Assembly: GCA_030324005.1 (NCBI GenBank)
Contig: JARDVH010000059.1
Location: 86,662,370 to 86,726,369 of the forward strand
From: Negaprion brevirostris
Lineage: Eukaryota
Direction: 5' to 3'
DNA length: 64,000 nucleotides
In this document: piece by piece, positions 1-12,110 of the stretch
How positions within the stretch are numbered: position 1 is the stretch's first letter
Layout: each line of letters begins with the position of its first letter
Program-made: the position numbers and the translations under genes
The notes under the pieces: model-generated
Told to the model about the DNA's origin: nothing
The model's input: the letters and a program-made list of their open reading frames with translations, nothing else
Database searches by the model: none

Positions 1-334
1 TCACTGCAAATATAAATGCTGCTACTCATTGCACAGGCCACTATTATTTCTGGCTGTGAGAGGGCTAAACATTTAGTTTGACCATACAGGCTGGGTGATG
101 CTTTTTCTTCCCCACCTCTGGAAATCACCCCTCCCCCACAACACCTTTCCACCAGCCCCAACCCCTAACCCTACCTCCCACCAGCACCCCCCAGCCTCAC
201 CCCACTCCACAACGTCACCTCTTCAACTCCACAGTATACCCATTGGTCTAGGAATGGCAAGTAGAAATTAAATTGTAAGTCAAGGTTTTCAAACAATTGT
301 GCGTAAGCTAAAGGCTTTAGAGTGCTGTTTAGTT

Positions 335-612
335 TTTATGAATGTCACAAGTAGACTTACATTATCACTGCAATGAAGTTACTGTGAAAACCCCCAGTCG
401 CCAGACTCCGGCGCCTGTTCAGGAACACTGAGGGAGAATTTAGCACAGCCAATGTACTTAACAAGCACATCTTTCAGACTGTGGGAGGAAACAGGGGGAA
501 ACCCACCGAGACACGGGAAGAATGTGCAGACTCCATACAGACAGTGATCCAAGCCGGGAATCAAACCTGGGTCCCTGGCGCTGCGAGGCAGCAATGCTAA
601 TCACTGTGCCCA
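335..612 (-). mobile_element. HE1-type V-SINE, tail B
   Basis: Reverse complement of tRNA head (ggcacagtg.ttagca.tgctgcctc), V core and cacagtaacttcattgcagtg..cttgtgaca tail. Confidence 0.85.
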
Positions 613-879
613 TATGTTTAACCCTGTACTTCTTACCAATAAGTAATAAAAATGTATTCATAACCATTCAAAATGACAGGCTGTGAGTTGTTGTGTCAGG
701 GCGTCCTATTGGTGCTTGCTCTCAGTAAGACTAGTCCTTGCACACTTAGGTTTTTACATCTTTTGAATGGTGAGCCGTTGAAAGTACAAGCTGATAACAT
801 CACAGGCAAGAAACTGTGTACCTCCTTCACTAACCAAAGTGAAAGTAACAGCACAAGCACTGAGAATGGGTTATAAAGT

Positions 880-1740
880 CAAGTGGGTGATTTCAATATT
901 GAATCATGCACAGAAAACAAAGTAAAGAGGGGAAAGGGAAGATAAGATTAAGTGAGAGAGAGAGAGATAAATGTGACAGAAAGGAAGGGGTTAAAGGGAG
1001 AAAAAGATAAGTGTGAGAGAATGGAAAAGGACTTTATCTTAATTTTAAATTTTACTTTTTACGAAATCTCCAACTCAAAATTAAAAGCTGAAGGAACATG
1101 ACTCCGCACTTTTATTAGTTAATTTTCAAAACCGGAGAGTTTGACCGGTGGTGTTTAACACTTAAATGTGTACTTGGATTTTAAATGAGCAAGACTTAAT
1201 TTTCTGGGGTTTGTATCTAATGCAGGAATGCAGCAACTTCACATTATTCAATGCATTTCAGTGTTAAAGCAGGCAGTGAGATGCCATGTTAATGATGGAA
1301 AGAAAGAAAGCTTATTTATTAGTCACAAGTAGGCTTACATTAACAATACAATGAAATTACTGTGAAAATCCCCTAGTCGCCACACTCTCACACTTGTTCA
1401 TATACACTGACGGAGAATTTAGCATGGCCAATGCACCTAACCAGGGCGGTGGGAGGAAACCAGAACACCCTGGGGAAACCCGTGCAGACACAGGGAGAAT
1501 GTGCAAGCTCCACACAGACGGTGACCCAAGACGGGAATTGAACCTGGGTCCCTGGCGCTGCAAGGCAGCAGCTGCTCACCACCGTGCTGCCCATTCAAAC
1601 AGCAGCTTTTGGATTTCCCCACTTATCCATGCATTTCTGTTCACCTGAAGTTGCTGTATCATTTGCACATCAAAAATGGTGACCCCCCCCATTACCCTAT
1701 TAGCCTCACTGTTACTTCTGCAGTAAACTATTGGTCATAA
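880..1740. repeat. Old unclassified interspersed repeat interrupted by a SINE
   Basis: AG-rich tract and inverted gcagcaacttca / tgaagttgctg motifs either side of the SINE; family not identified. Confidence 0.3.
1310..1593 (-). mobile_element. HE1-type V-SINE, tail B
   Basis: Same head, core and tail as the other copies, reverse strand. Confidence 0.85.
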
Positions 1741-2179
1741 TTTCAACAATTTACATTTCAATGATGCTACTCAAATGGAGGGGTACGAGTAGGGGCAGTG
1801 AACAAGCAATAGTAACGGTGTCACAGACTGGTGGGTGTGTGCCACAGTAGATATTTGGCAAGAGAGGATTACTGGAATAGGGTGGAGTGAGACTTTGGAG
1901 TGAGTCCAAAGTAAGGNNNNNNNNNNNNNNNNNNNNNNNNNNNNNNNNNNNNNNNNNNNNNNNNNNNNNNNNNNNNNNNNNNNNNNNNNNNNNNNNNNNN
2001 NNNNNNNNNNNNNNNNNNNNNNNNNNNNNNNNNNNNNNNNNNNNNNNNNNNNNNNNNNNNNNNNNNNNNNNNNNNNNNNNNNNNNNNNNNNNNNNNNNNN
2101 NNNNNNNNNNNNNNNNNNNNNNNNNNNNNNNNNNNNNNNNNNNNNNNNNNTGATAACGATTTGCTCACTCTGGCAGAAA

Positions 2180-2502
2180 CCACAGAATCCCTACAGTGCA
2201 GGAGGAGGCCATTTGGCCCATCAAGTCTACACTGACAACAATCCCACCCAGGCCCTATTCTCGTAACCTCACACATTTATCAAGCTAATCCCCCTGACAC
2301 TAAGGGGCAATTTAGCATGGCCAATCAACCTAACCTGCACGTCTTTGGACCGTGGGAGGAAACCGCAGCACCCAGAGGAAACCCATGCAGACACAGGGAG
2401 AATGTGTAAACTCCACACAGACGACTGTCCGAGGCCAGAATTGAACCCTGGTCCATGGCGCTGTGAGACAGCAGTACTAACCACTGCACCACCATGCCAT
2501 CC
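2180..2502 (-). mobile_element. HE1 SINE, tail A (HER1/CR1-type tail)
   Basis: Reverse complement of ...gatgggccaaatggcctcctcctgcactgtagggattct. Confidence 0.88.
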
Positions 2503-2644
2503 TAAATGAAATAAATGAACAAACTTTAGAAAAATGATTGGAAAGCGTACTGTAATAAAATTGGAGGTGACTTGTGGCTCCAACAAGAAACGATTTATTA
2601 AATTGCTATTATGTTTACATACACAAGATAACAGTCTGATAGAA

Positions 2645-2790
2645 CATATTCTTGATTGGTAAGGGGATCAAGGGCTATGGGGAAAAGGCAGGAGAATGGG
2701 GATAAGAAAAATATCAGCCATAATTGAATGGAGCAGACTCAATGGGCCAAATGGCCTAATTTTGTTCCTAGGTATTATGTTCTTATGTAC
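2645..2790 (+). mobile_element. CR1/HER1 LINE 3' end fragment
   Basis: aagggctatggggaaaaggcagg..gcagactcaatgggccaaatggcct..tatgttcttatg. Confidence 0.75.
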
Positions 2791-3245
2791 AGGTCTACTC
2801 TTCTCTGCTTGGCTCCAACCATGGGTCATCCCCGTCCCTAGACGCACGCTGTCACTCCGAATTGGCCCAGCCGTTCTATAGGGTTGAACCCAATCACATG
2901 ATCCGCAATGCATCGCTTCTTAAAGGGGCCATGTTACCACAGTTATTAAAGCTTTTATCAAGCCAATCAATAGACCCTCCATCCTACGTATAATTGCACA
3001 TTGTGAGTGTTCAGTGCCTGGGTGAGCCTGACATTCATGTTTTGAAGATTTAGAATTATTAGCTTTGCAGTAATAGAAGAATTTTCTGTTCCACAAATAT
3101 TGCTGAATTTGTTCGTTGTGAAGAGGTTGTTTTTTAGTCATGCCATTTGCATGTTTCACGTTGTTTGTGGTGAATTTTTCTCGTGCGGGGTGATTGTGAA
3201 CAATAAAGTGATGGCCATGTCCTTCAATTAATAAGCTAGAGACGT

Positions 3246-3373
3246 GGGCTGGGATTCTGCAGTCTCACACACCTCACTATCGCAGCCAGCAGGAATAGCG
3301 CTCAGCCAAATCTCCATTCACAGCAACAGAACCGGATAATCCCAGCCACAGGTGAGGTCGGAGAATTCCGGTC
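3246..3373. mobile_element. ~128-bp MITE (GGGC/GGCYGGRATT TIR family)
   Basis: gggctgggattctgc ... ggagaattccggtc; homologous to 27369-27497 and 48685-48809. Confidence 0.65.
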
Positions 3374-3384
3374 TGGATTGTTGC

Positions 3385-4040
3385 TGCAGAATTCAAATCC
3401 CACCGTAGCAGCTGATGGAATTTAAATTCAATTAACAAACCTGGAGTTTAAAAAACTAGAATTAATTAATGGTGGCTGTTTTGCCCTTAAAAAGCACATC
3501 TAGTTCACTGATGTAATTTGGGGAACGAAATCCGCCAGGGCAGCATGGTGGCACTCTGGTTAGCGGTGCTGCCTCACAGTGCCGGGGACCTGGGTTTGAT
3601 TCCCGACTTGGGACACTGTCTGGGTGAAGTTTGCACATTTTCCCTATGTCTGCATAGGTTTCCTCCGACAATCCAAAAGACGTGCTGGTTACATGCATTG
3701 GCCATGCTACATTCTCCCTCACTCAAACAGATGCCGCAGCATGGCAACTAGGGTACTTTCATTGTAACTTCATTGCAATGTTAATGTAAGCCTACTTGTG
3801 ACACTAATAAATTAAACCTTGCTGGCCTACATGTGACTCCAGACATCAAGCTGAGTGACTGACTCTTAACTGCCCTCTGAAGTGGCTTCACAAGCCACTC
3901 TGTTCCCTCCGCAACACTGGTGTGGGCGTACCAACACCACATGGGCTGCAGCAGTTCAAGGTAGCAGCTCACCACTACCTTACCAGGAACAGTTAGGGAA
4001 TGAAATGCTGGCTTTGACAGCGAGGTTCATATCCCAAGAA
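3385..4040 (+). mobile_element. Third tRNA-SINE family copy split by an HE1 insertion
   Basis: ttcaaatcccacc..tggaatttaaattcaa..gttcactgatgt and, after 3818, tggcctacatgtgactccag..aaatgctggc; homologous to 5552-5935. Confidence 0.7.
3538..3818 (+). mobile_element. HE1-type V-SINE, tail B (nested)
   Basis: Head, core and cctacttgtgacactaataaa tail. Confidence 0.85.
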
Positions 4041-4479
4041 CAAATATGTGTATTAAAAGACTTCTGCATTTTTCAGCTCATGATGCCCACTGTTATATTC
4101 TGTCTTAGTTGAGATCATGGAACTGGTGGCAAAACTACAGTCAACTGACGAGCTGCATGCAATACAAAAAGTCCAACCACCCTATCTACAGCAGACCCTG
4201 ATGAAGTTGCTTCTTGCAGGAATATTTGTTTCTGGGGACGCCGTGGGCGGTTTGCTGGCTGTCAAGAGTACGGCAACAGGTAATGAACCAGAGCTCCAGG
4301 GGACATGACCAACCAATTGTTGGTCCGTCCTTGTCAATGGTGGGAGGCATATTCTCACAAGGCACAACACTGTGCCTAAATGCAGAACGCGGGGCCTTTA
4401 TGAATTCCTTGTATCCTCTCTTATGAATACCTGTAACTGTTCTCCATGTAAGTTTAAGTCAGCCCACCTTGGAATTTAT

Positions 4480-4760
4480 TCCAAAGAATTAACAGCAAGA
4501 GAAAAAGGCCATTCAGCCCAAAAGGTCTATGTTGGGGTTTATTCTCCATATGAGCAGCCTCCTAGCCTATTTTCCCTCATCTGGAGTTTGGGCCCTGTCT
4601 CGAGTAAATAGGTTTTTCTGGAGGTACGGTGCCTAAGATGGAATGCAGCGCTCCAGATGAGGTCTGACCAAGGTTCTGAACAAGAGAAGCATAACTTCAT
4701 AAATTTTGAGTTCCAGTTTTCGTCTTTGAAGTAAAGGCTTCTAACCTTTATTTTAACTTA
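4480..4760 (-). mobile_element. Decayed CR1 LINE fragment
   Basis: aggccattcagccc and ctccagatgaggtctgaccaagg..aagcataacttc, typical reverse-strand CR1 ORF2 end. Confidence 0.5.
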
Positions 4761-5108
4761 TGAGATAACTTTTATTAATTTGTGACTATAAGAACAGCTA
4801 CATTTGTTTCCTGTCATGGTTAAGAAAATATGATTAGTTCTTTCCTAGACCCAATTTGGGTGGCTTCCCCAAGTTGAACTGCATCCATCACAATTTTGCC
4901 CATCTGCATTAGCTCACTGTGCTACCCAGTTTTGTGCCATATTTGCACCTCAAAGACTCCATAGCAATAGTGGCATTATTGAGACGTTCCTCTACCATCC
5001 GTATGGCTTGTACCACCCTCCCCCGCCTACTCCAAGTGCAAAATGGTGTTGCCACATTTTCAATGGAAGACACTCAGTACCTGCATCACCCAAGAGCTGC
5101 CACAGTGC

Positions 5109-5292
5109 GGGTGGGATTCTCTGGCCTCCCTGCAGTGTGTTCCTTGGCCGGTAACGGGATGTTCTGGTCCTGCCGCCATCAATGGGATTTCCCATTGACT
5201 CCACCCCATGCCACTGGGAAATCCACGGCAGGGTTGCGCCGTCAGCAGCAGCAGAAGATCCCATTGGCTTGAATAGCCGGAAAGATCCAGCC
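5109..5292. mobile_element. MITE, longer member of the same TIR group
   Basis: gggtgggattctctggc ... gccggaaagatccagcc with the internal palindrome caatgggatttcccattg. Confidence 0.6.
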
Positions 5293-5551
5293 TGTATCCA
5301 TGTTTTGGCATCCACACATGTCCAAACACTCCACAAGTCATAACCAGATGCCCCATATATTGAAGTGAGAAGTCAGTATGATCTGATCACTATATCAGTC
5401 TCAATTACAAAACAGATCCATTATTGCCTGTAAGCATCAAGGGTTGCATCAGCTGCCCCCTGTTCAAGCAGCCTACTGAAGCCCCTTTTCATAATAACTG
5501 AGCTCAGTTCCATAGTGAATTGGAAGATGAAAGGTGTGAAATAACTATATA

Positions 5552-5935
5552 TGGGAAGGCGATGACCTAGTGGTATTATCACTAGACTATTAATCCAGAA
5601 ACTCAGCTATGGGGACCTGGAGGTTCAAATCTCACTACGGTAGTTGATGGAATTTGAATTCAATAAAAAAATCTGGAAGTAAGAATCTACTGATGACCAT
5701 GAAACCATTGTCGATTGTCAGAAAAACCCATTTATGTCCTTTAGGGAAGTACACCTGCCATCCTTACCAGATCTGGCCTACATGTGACTCCAGAGCCAAA
5801 CAATGTGGTGGACCCACATTTGCCCTCGGAAATGGTCTCGCAAGCCACTCAGTTCAAGGACAACTAGAGATTGGTAATAAATGTTGGCCAGCCAGCAACG
5901 CTCATGTCCCATGAATGAATAAAAAATAAATAAAT
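5552..5935 (+). mobile_element. Third tRNA-SINE family, near full length
   Basis: A-box-like cctagtggt and B-box-like ggttcaaatc, body gtcctttagggaag..ggcctacatgtgactccag, tail cccatgaatgaataaaaa. Similar copies at 14335, 24810 and 41165. Confidence 0.8.
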
Positions 5936-6891
5936 GCATGATCTTTCTTTCTCTTTCTTGTTCTCTCTCTCTATCTCTCTCTCTCCCTCTCTCTCCCTTC
6001 CTATCCATGTTCTAATAGACCCAGTGTGATGGCCAATTGCCAAAAGTGCCCTGAAGTACTTCAGACTTGTCTGGTCCAAGTATTGGATTTCTAGGGCAAC
6101 CGCACAAATACTAAACTTTCGTCACCAGCCATAACAAACAGGAGCTAGTTATCACCTCAGCAAAATCCTGCTGACCTGCCTTCTCATGAGAAAGGCTCAA
6201 GTGTGCGATGGTCCTTGTTCTGGTGAATTTGCTCTTTAGTTTCTAATAGAAGACAAGAGTGTTTTCCTTGCTCAGAAGTTAACAGATGGTACATTATGAG
6301 TATAGAAGCACATTTATCCTATGGGCATTCTCATTATGTGCTTTGATATGCTCCCGCGCATGATCATTGGTTGTGGAGCCATTAAGGTAACATTAGTTTA
6401 AATTGTTGAATACCTTAATGATGTAATACGCGGACCAACGTCTTTACTTTCTCCCTGCATCCAAAGCCTCTAATTATTGATAAGTGCTTTTCTAAGAAAA
6501 GGTCTATATTTGCCTCATTACACGATGTTGGAAATTTCTCATTCCTTTCGTCAGAACAGAGAAATCACTTTTTGTCTGATGTTCTGGCTTCCATCTTCTT
6601 CTAATGCTATTTATAGAATCCTGTTTTTAGTTCCAGTACCTGACTTGCTGCATTTTTTGTTAACATCTTTTTCTCCAAAGGCATTATTTAGTGTATGATA
6701 CAAACCATGCNNNNNNNNNNTGCTATCATCAGGTGCTGGCACGTTTCGTTAATATCAAGGCCATATATCTTTGCCACTCTTCTTGCGATTGTGCAACTTC
6801 TCCTCTCACCTTCTCTCATTTCCTGAGCGGTCCTTTTATCTCTACTGACAGAACGTATCCATTTTTCTGATGCACTCCCACATATGTCCAC

Positions 6892-7345
6892 AGGTGCCAC
6901 GGTGGCCCAATGGTTAGCACTGCTGCCTCATAGCCCCAGGGTCCCAGGTTCGGTTCCCAATTCGGGTCACAGTCTGTGCGGAATCTGCATGTTCTCCCTG
7001 TATTTGTGTGGGTTTCTTCCGGGTGATCCGGTTTCCTCCCACAGTCTGAGGTACATGCTGGTTAGATGCATTGGCCATACTAAATTCTCCCTCAGTGCAC
7101 CCAAACAGGTGCCAGAGTGTGGTGACTTGGGGATTTTTNNNNNNNNNNNNNNNNNNNNNNNNNNNNNNNNNNNNNNNNNNNNNNNNNNNNNNNNNNNNNN
7201 NNNNNNNNNNNNNNNNNNNNNNNNNNNNNNNNNNNNNNCACCCAAACAGGTGCCAGAGTGTGGTGACTTGGGGATTTTTCACGGTAACTTCATTGCAGTG
7301 TTAATGCAAGCTGACTTGTGACACTAATAAATAAACCTTTTAAAA
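6892..7345 (+). mobile_element. HE1-type V-SINE, tail B (contains a gap)
   Basis: Head, core and tail B. Confidence 0.85.
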
Positions 7346-8084
7346 AAAAAGAAATATTATCCCGCCATGATTAGAAATGTTTATAGTGCGTAACTGTGGA
7401 AATATTATTTTCTTATGTGCCTTGGAGTTGTTACTTAATATAGTTGCATCAACCTCTGTATGCCTTCCCCTTTAGCTGTATAATTTAAGATTTATAGAGG
7501 GAAAATAGCTTTTGGGCAATTTCAGGAACTTTAAAGGATTGTTACTTTAAGTGCATCCTGATGTGCTAATAATTAACTTTTTTTTTGTCAGCAACACAGT
7601 TATGTGTGTCACCATATTTTCCATAGATGTTTGTGACCAGCAACCAGAAAGCATTTCTTAGTTTCTGAGTGAACAGGGGAACTTTAGCCCTCATTTTCAG
7701 ACAGCTGCTAGTTCGTATCAAAACTGGATGTAATTTGATGTTAGCTGGTAATCTCGCACAAGCGATCACACGGATACCTTGTGCGGGGAATGGAAAATAA
7801 GCACTGGTGAGGTGAGACTGCTTTTCTGGCAATGGGTTGAAGGCATCTTGTTGTTCTGGACAGAGGGAGTGTAATCTGCATTTATGATCCATTTGTTTTT
7901 TTCACCTGGGAATGCTCGGTGATAAATTGGGTTCTGTTCTCCACTGCTGAGATCCTTCATCTTGACACAACAAACACAATCAGAAATAATAACTGTACCA
8001 AATACAACATAACCATTATAATTCATCACCTTGCTGCTTAGATATTGATCTTCTGTTTTGTGAGTTTTTGAATAACCAATGTCA

Positions 8085-8317
8085 GTGTGTGAGCCGGGGC
8101 TCAGTGACGTACACTCACCTTTGAGTCAGAAGGTTGCAGCTTCAAGCTGCACTTGAGAAATTTGTAGCCAGGCTAACAATGCAATACTGAGGCTCGCCAG
8201 AGTTGTTGCCTTTCCGAGGAGACATTACATCAAGGCCCCATCTCAGGTAGTCGATGGAAAAATTGCCATGGCACGAATTGGAGAAACAGGTGACGAGGCC
8301 AACATCTACCTCTGATC
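8085..8317 (+). mobile_element. DeuSINE-like (SacSINE1-type) 5' part
   Basis: gctcagtg..ctttgagtcagaaggtt head; Deu-like gcctttccgaggagacattacatcaaggccc..ccatggcac. Resumes at 9113. Confidence 0.6.
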
Positions 8318-8790
8318 CATAGAAACTAGAAGCAGGAGTAGGCCATTCAGCCCTTCGAACCTGGCTGATTATCAAATTCAATACCCTGATTTCCCCCCCT
8401 TAACCCTTGATCCCTTTAGTCCCAAGAGCTACATTTAATTTCTTCTTGAAATCACACAATGTTTTGGCCCCAACCACATTCTGTGGTAATGAATTCCTCA
8501 CATTCACCGCCCTCTGGATGAAGAAATTTCTCCTCACCTCAGTTCTAAAAGATTTAGCTCTTATCTTCAAATTATGACCCCTAGTTCTGGACTCCCCAAT
8601 ATTGGAAACATTCTTTCTGACTCTACCCTGTTTAACCCTGTTGGAATTTTATAAGTTCCTATGAAATCCCTTTCATTCTTCTAAACTCCAGCAAATATAA
8701 TCCTAATCAACTTAGCATCTCCTCATATGACAGACCTGCCATCCCAGGAATCAGCCTGGTAAACCTTCACTGTACTCCCTCTATAGTAAG
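8318..8790 (-). mobile_element. CR1/HER1 LINE 3' fragment
   Basis: catagaaactagaagcaggagtaggccattcagccc..cacattcaccgccctctgg..aagaaatttctcctc. Confidence 0.8.
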
Positions 8791-8804
8791 GACAACACCA
8801 TAAG

Positions 8805-9110
8805 GGTGGCACAATGGCATTGCTGCCTCACAGCGCCAGGGATCTGGGTTTGATTCCTTGCTTGTGCGACTGTCTGTGAAGTTTGCACATTCTCCCCTTA
8901 TTTGCATGGGTTTCCTCCCACAGTCAAAAGGAGTGCCAGTTAGGTGGATTGGCCATGGTAAATTTTCCCGTAGTGTCCTGAGATGTGTCGGTTAGGGGGA
9001 TTTGCATGGGATTATGGGGCCAGGCCTGGAAACGATATTCTGTTGGAAAGTCAGTGTAGACTGGCTGGGCCAAATGGCCTCCTTCTGCACTGTGGGGATT
9101 CTATGATTTA
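8805..9110 (+). mobile_element. HE1 SINE, tail A
   Basis: Ends gggccaaatggcctccttctgcactgtggggattctatgat. Confidence 0.85.
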
Positions 9111-9112
9111 TG

Positions 9113-9290
9113 AAATAGATTACCTGGTCCTTGATCTCTTTTCTTCTTGTGACAGCCTGCTGGGCACAAATGAGCTGCCGCAGTTTCCTAGTACAACAGT
9201 GACCACTGTTCAGCAATGCTTCCTTCGCCGTGAGGCACTTTGGGACTTCCAGGGGCCATGAAAGGCGCTAAATAACTGTGCGCTTTTTTT
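9113..9290 (+). mobile_element. DeuSINE-like 3' part with L2-type tail
   Basis: agattacctggtc..caacagtgac..gcactttgggac..gaaaggcgctaaataa. Confidence 0.6.
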
Positions 9291-10242
9291 CCCTCTCACT
9301 ATTTTGCATCGGTGGAAAAGTAATCAGAGGCAACATGAAGAAAAACTCAGCAACACACCAAGNNNNNNNNNNNNNNNNNNNNNNNNNNNNNNNNNNNNNN
9401 NNNNNNNNNNNNNNNNNNNNNNNNNNNNNNNNNNNNNNNNNNNNNNNNNNNNNNNNNNNNNNNNNNNNNNNNNNNNNNNNNNNNNNNNNNNNNNNNNNNG
9501 GGGAGAGGGGAGTGGGGGGGTGGGGGGTGGGGGGAGGCGTAGCTGAATTGTTCGTGCAGAGAGCCAGCACAGACACTGTGGGCCAAATGGCTCTTCCTCT
9601 GTGCTGCAACCATTTTCTGACGCTCCGATCAAATGATCTGTTCATCAGTAAGTCATTCTCAGTGTTTTATTTTGTCCCTTAAATCGATCAGCCATAAATA
9701 AATAAAAATCACACCCATTCCCGGACATCTCAGTGTTTTGCCGAAAAGGTTTTAGTTAAGGTGATTAATGTGGAATATCATAGCTTGCAGTTAGTAATTG
9801 CAATAATTCCCTGAAGGGCAATCATAGGAACATAGGAATGTACAGGCCTGGAATGGGCTAGCTTACCTCGGTGTCCAGGAAATATCATATCCCATAATAT
9901 TTCTCATGACGCTATGTCATTTTTTTAAAACTAGGTACTTAAACTAGCTCTCTCTTGAATTAGTTACTACAATCAGCCTGTGTACATTTGCCAGCCACTG
10001 GATAAAATAGTTTAGCTTAAGCTGCCTTTTCCTCCTACCATCCCAGGAATCAGCCTGGTAAACTTTCACTGTACTCCCTCTACAGTAAGGACAACATCAT
10101 ACGAGTGGCACAGTGGTCATAAAATAGTTTAGTCTAAGCTGCCTTTTCCCCCCCATTTTTCAAAGTTTAAGGTGGAAGGATGTGATCTTGTTTTGGGTCC
10201 AAAATTCAGGAGCTTGGTTGATAGTCCAAAGATATCAAAGGG

Positions 10243-10397
10243 GTAGGTTGATTGGCCATGCTAAGTTGACCCTAGTGTCAGGGGGATTAGCAGGGTAAAT
10301 GTGTGGGATTGTGGGAATAGGGCCTGGGTGGTATTGTGGTTGTGACAAACTTGATGGGCCGAATGGCCTCCTTCTGTACGGTAGGGATTCTATGATT
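10243..10397 (+). mobile_element. HE1 SINE 3' half, tail A
   Basis: taggttgattggccatgctaa..gggccgaatggcctccttct..gattctatgattc. Confidence 0.8.
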
Positions 10398-11379
10398 CAA
10401 TTAAAAATACTCTTGCCCTGGTGAAAGAGGGCATTGAAATTTAAACAGTGAAATGGATATCTCAGAGTTACAACATACAGAAATTTCATTAGGATTGATA
10501 ACTAATATTGTAAGCATCTTCCTCACTGTGTCATCTACTGTATGTATTTGGTGATATTAAATGGCATCTCTACCCACCAGTCCCTTCCCTATTTGAATAG
10601 TCTGTTCTCTGATGTCTGCGGAGCCTCCCAGTTTGGTATTATTTGCAAACTTGGAGAGTTCTCTGTCTGCACCCAGCTCCAAGTTATTTATGTGCACTGT
10701 GGACAGCAACAGCCCCAGCGTTGATTNNNNNNNNNNGAGGGCTACTGTTTTTCTGTTGCGTCTTTGTGTTCGCATGTTCCATAAATATATGTTTGCAACA
10801 GTAAAACTAATCAATTCTGACAGCGTATGCTTGGCATAATAGACTGCTGAAATTCCTCTGCCTGTATTATTAAAATTTACACAGAGGTCCCGACCCTAAA
10901 TTTGAACCACCACAATCCGAATGTTTCACACATTCTGCTGAAATTTCAGCAGAGGCATTAACTCACTCAGAATAAATAAGGGAGCAAGGAATTTGAGACA
11001 CACAAAAAGCTTGTATCTTCCTCATTGAAAGGATAGTATAGTGAGTTCTGCCAGCAGTTTTGAACCCGCCATAATCCCAAACCATTCTCTGAGGTGGTGC
11101 CTGACTTGCTATGTAGAGCAGACTCCCTGGCAAGCAGCTCTCAATGCCATGAGGGAGCTTGTCAACACATGTACGGAGAACCCTGGCAGGACTGCAGTGA
11201 TATTACTGCCGCAACAGCTAAGCTGATGGATTGCGTTTGAAAGTGGTGGGAAGGCTGTGGTGGGGAGGACTGCAATTTTCTAAAACCTTCAAGTACACTG
11301 CCTCATAACTAGGCATATAATAACCTGTTGTTTAAATCTAATGTGCTGTAATCTCTTTGGCAAAACACAGCATCCAAAT

Positions 11380-12110
11380 TATGAAGGGTTTTGATCAAAT
11401 AGTAGGGAGAAGCTGTTTCAATTGGCAGGAGGGTCAGTAAGCAGAGGATGTAGATTTAACCCCTGAACCAAACCAGAGGGGAGCAGAGGGCAGNNNNNNN
11501 NNNNNNNNNNNNNNNNNNNNNNNNNNNNNNNNNNNNNNNNNNNNNNNNNNNNNNNNNNNNNNNNNNNNNNNNNNNNNNNNNNNNNNNNNNNNNAGAGGGC
11601 AGTTTTCCTTATGTGGAGTTGTTATGATCTGGAATGCACTGCCTGAAAGGGAGGCAGAAGCAGATTCATACAGGAAAGATTTTGACTGCTCAAAACTCAT
11701 CGGCATGCACTAAGTTAAAATCATGCCCATTAACTTTCGAAAGGGAACTGTATATATATTTGAAAATAAATTCAGGGTTTTGTACATTGGCCATGCTAAA
11801 TTTGCCCTCAGTGTACCTGAACAGGTGCCAGAGTGTGGCGACTAGGAGATTTTCACAGTAACATCATTGCAGTGTTAATGTAAGCCTGTTTGTGATGAAT
11901 AAATAAATTAAGTTTAAACTTCAGACATTCATGATCATTGCAGTGTTAATGTGAGCTTGCTTGTGACTAATAAATAAATAAAGTTTAAACTTCAGACATT
12001 CATGTAAATGTGAAAAGAGCGGGGATATGAGACTAATTAGATAACTGTTTCAAAAAGTCAACACCAGTACAATGGGCAAAATAGTTTCCTACCATGCATT
12101 GCAATGTTAT
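11380..12110 (+). mobile_element. Decayed CR1 3' fragment containing an HE1 tail-B 3' half (11783-12004)
   Basis: attatgaagggttttgat..ggagaagctgttt..tggaatgcactgcctgaaagg; SINE tail in the middle. Confidence 0.65.

Noticed and set aside
7098-7280. Exact ~40-bp repeat on both sides of a 100-N gap
   Set aside because: Identical sequence flanking a gap indicates an unmerged contig overlap.
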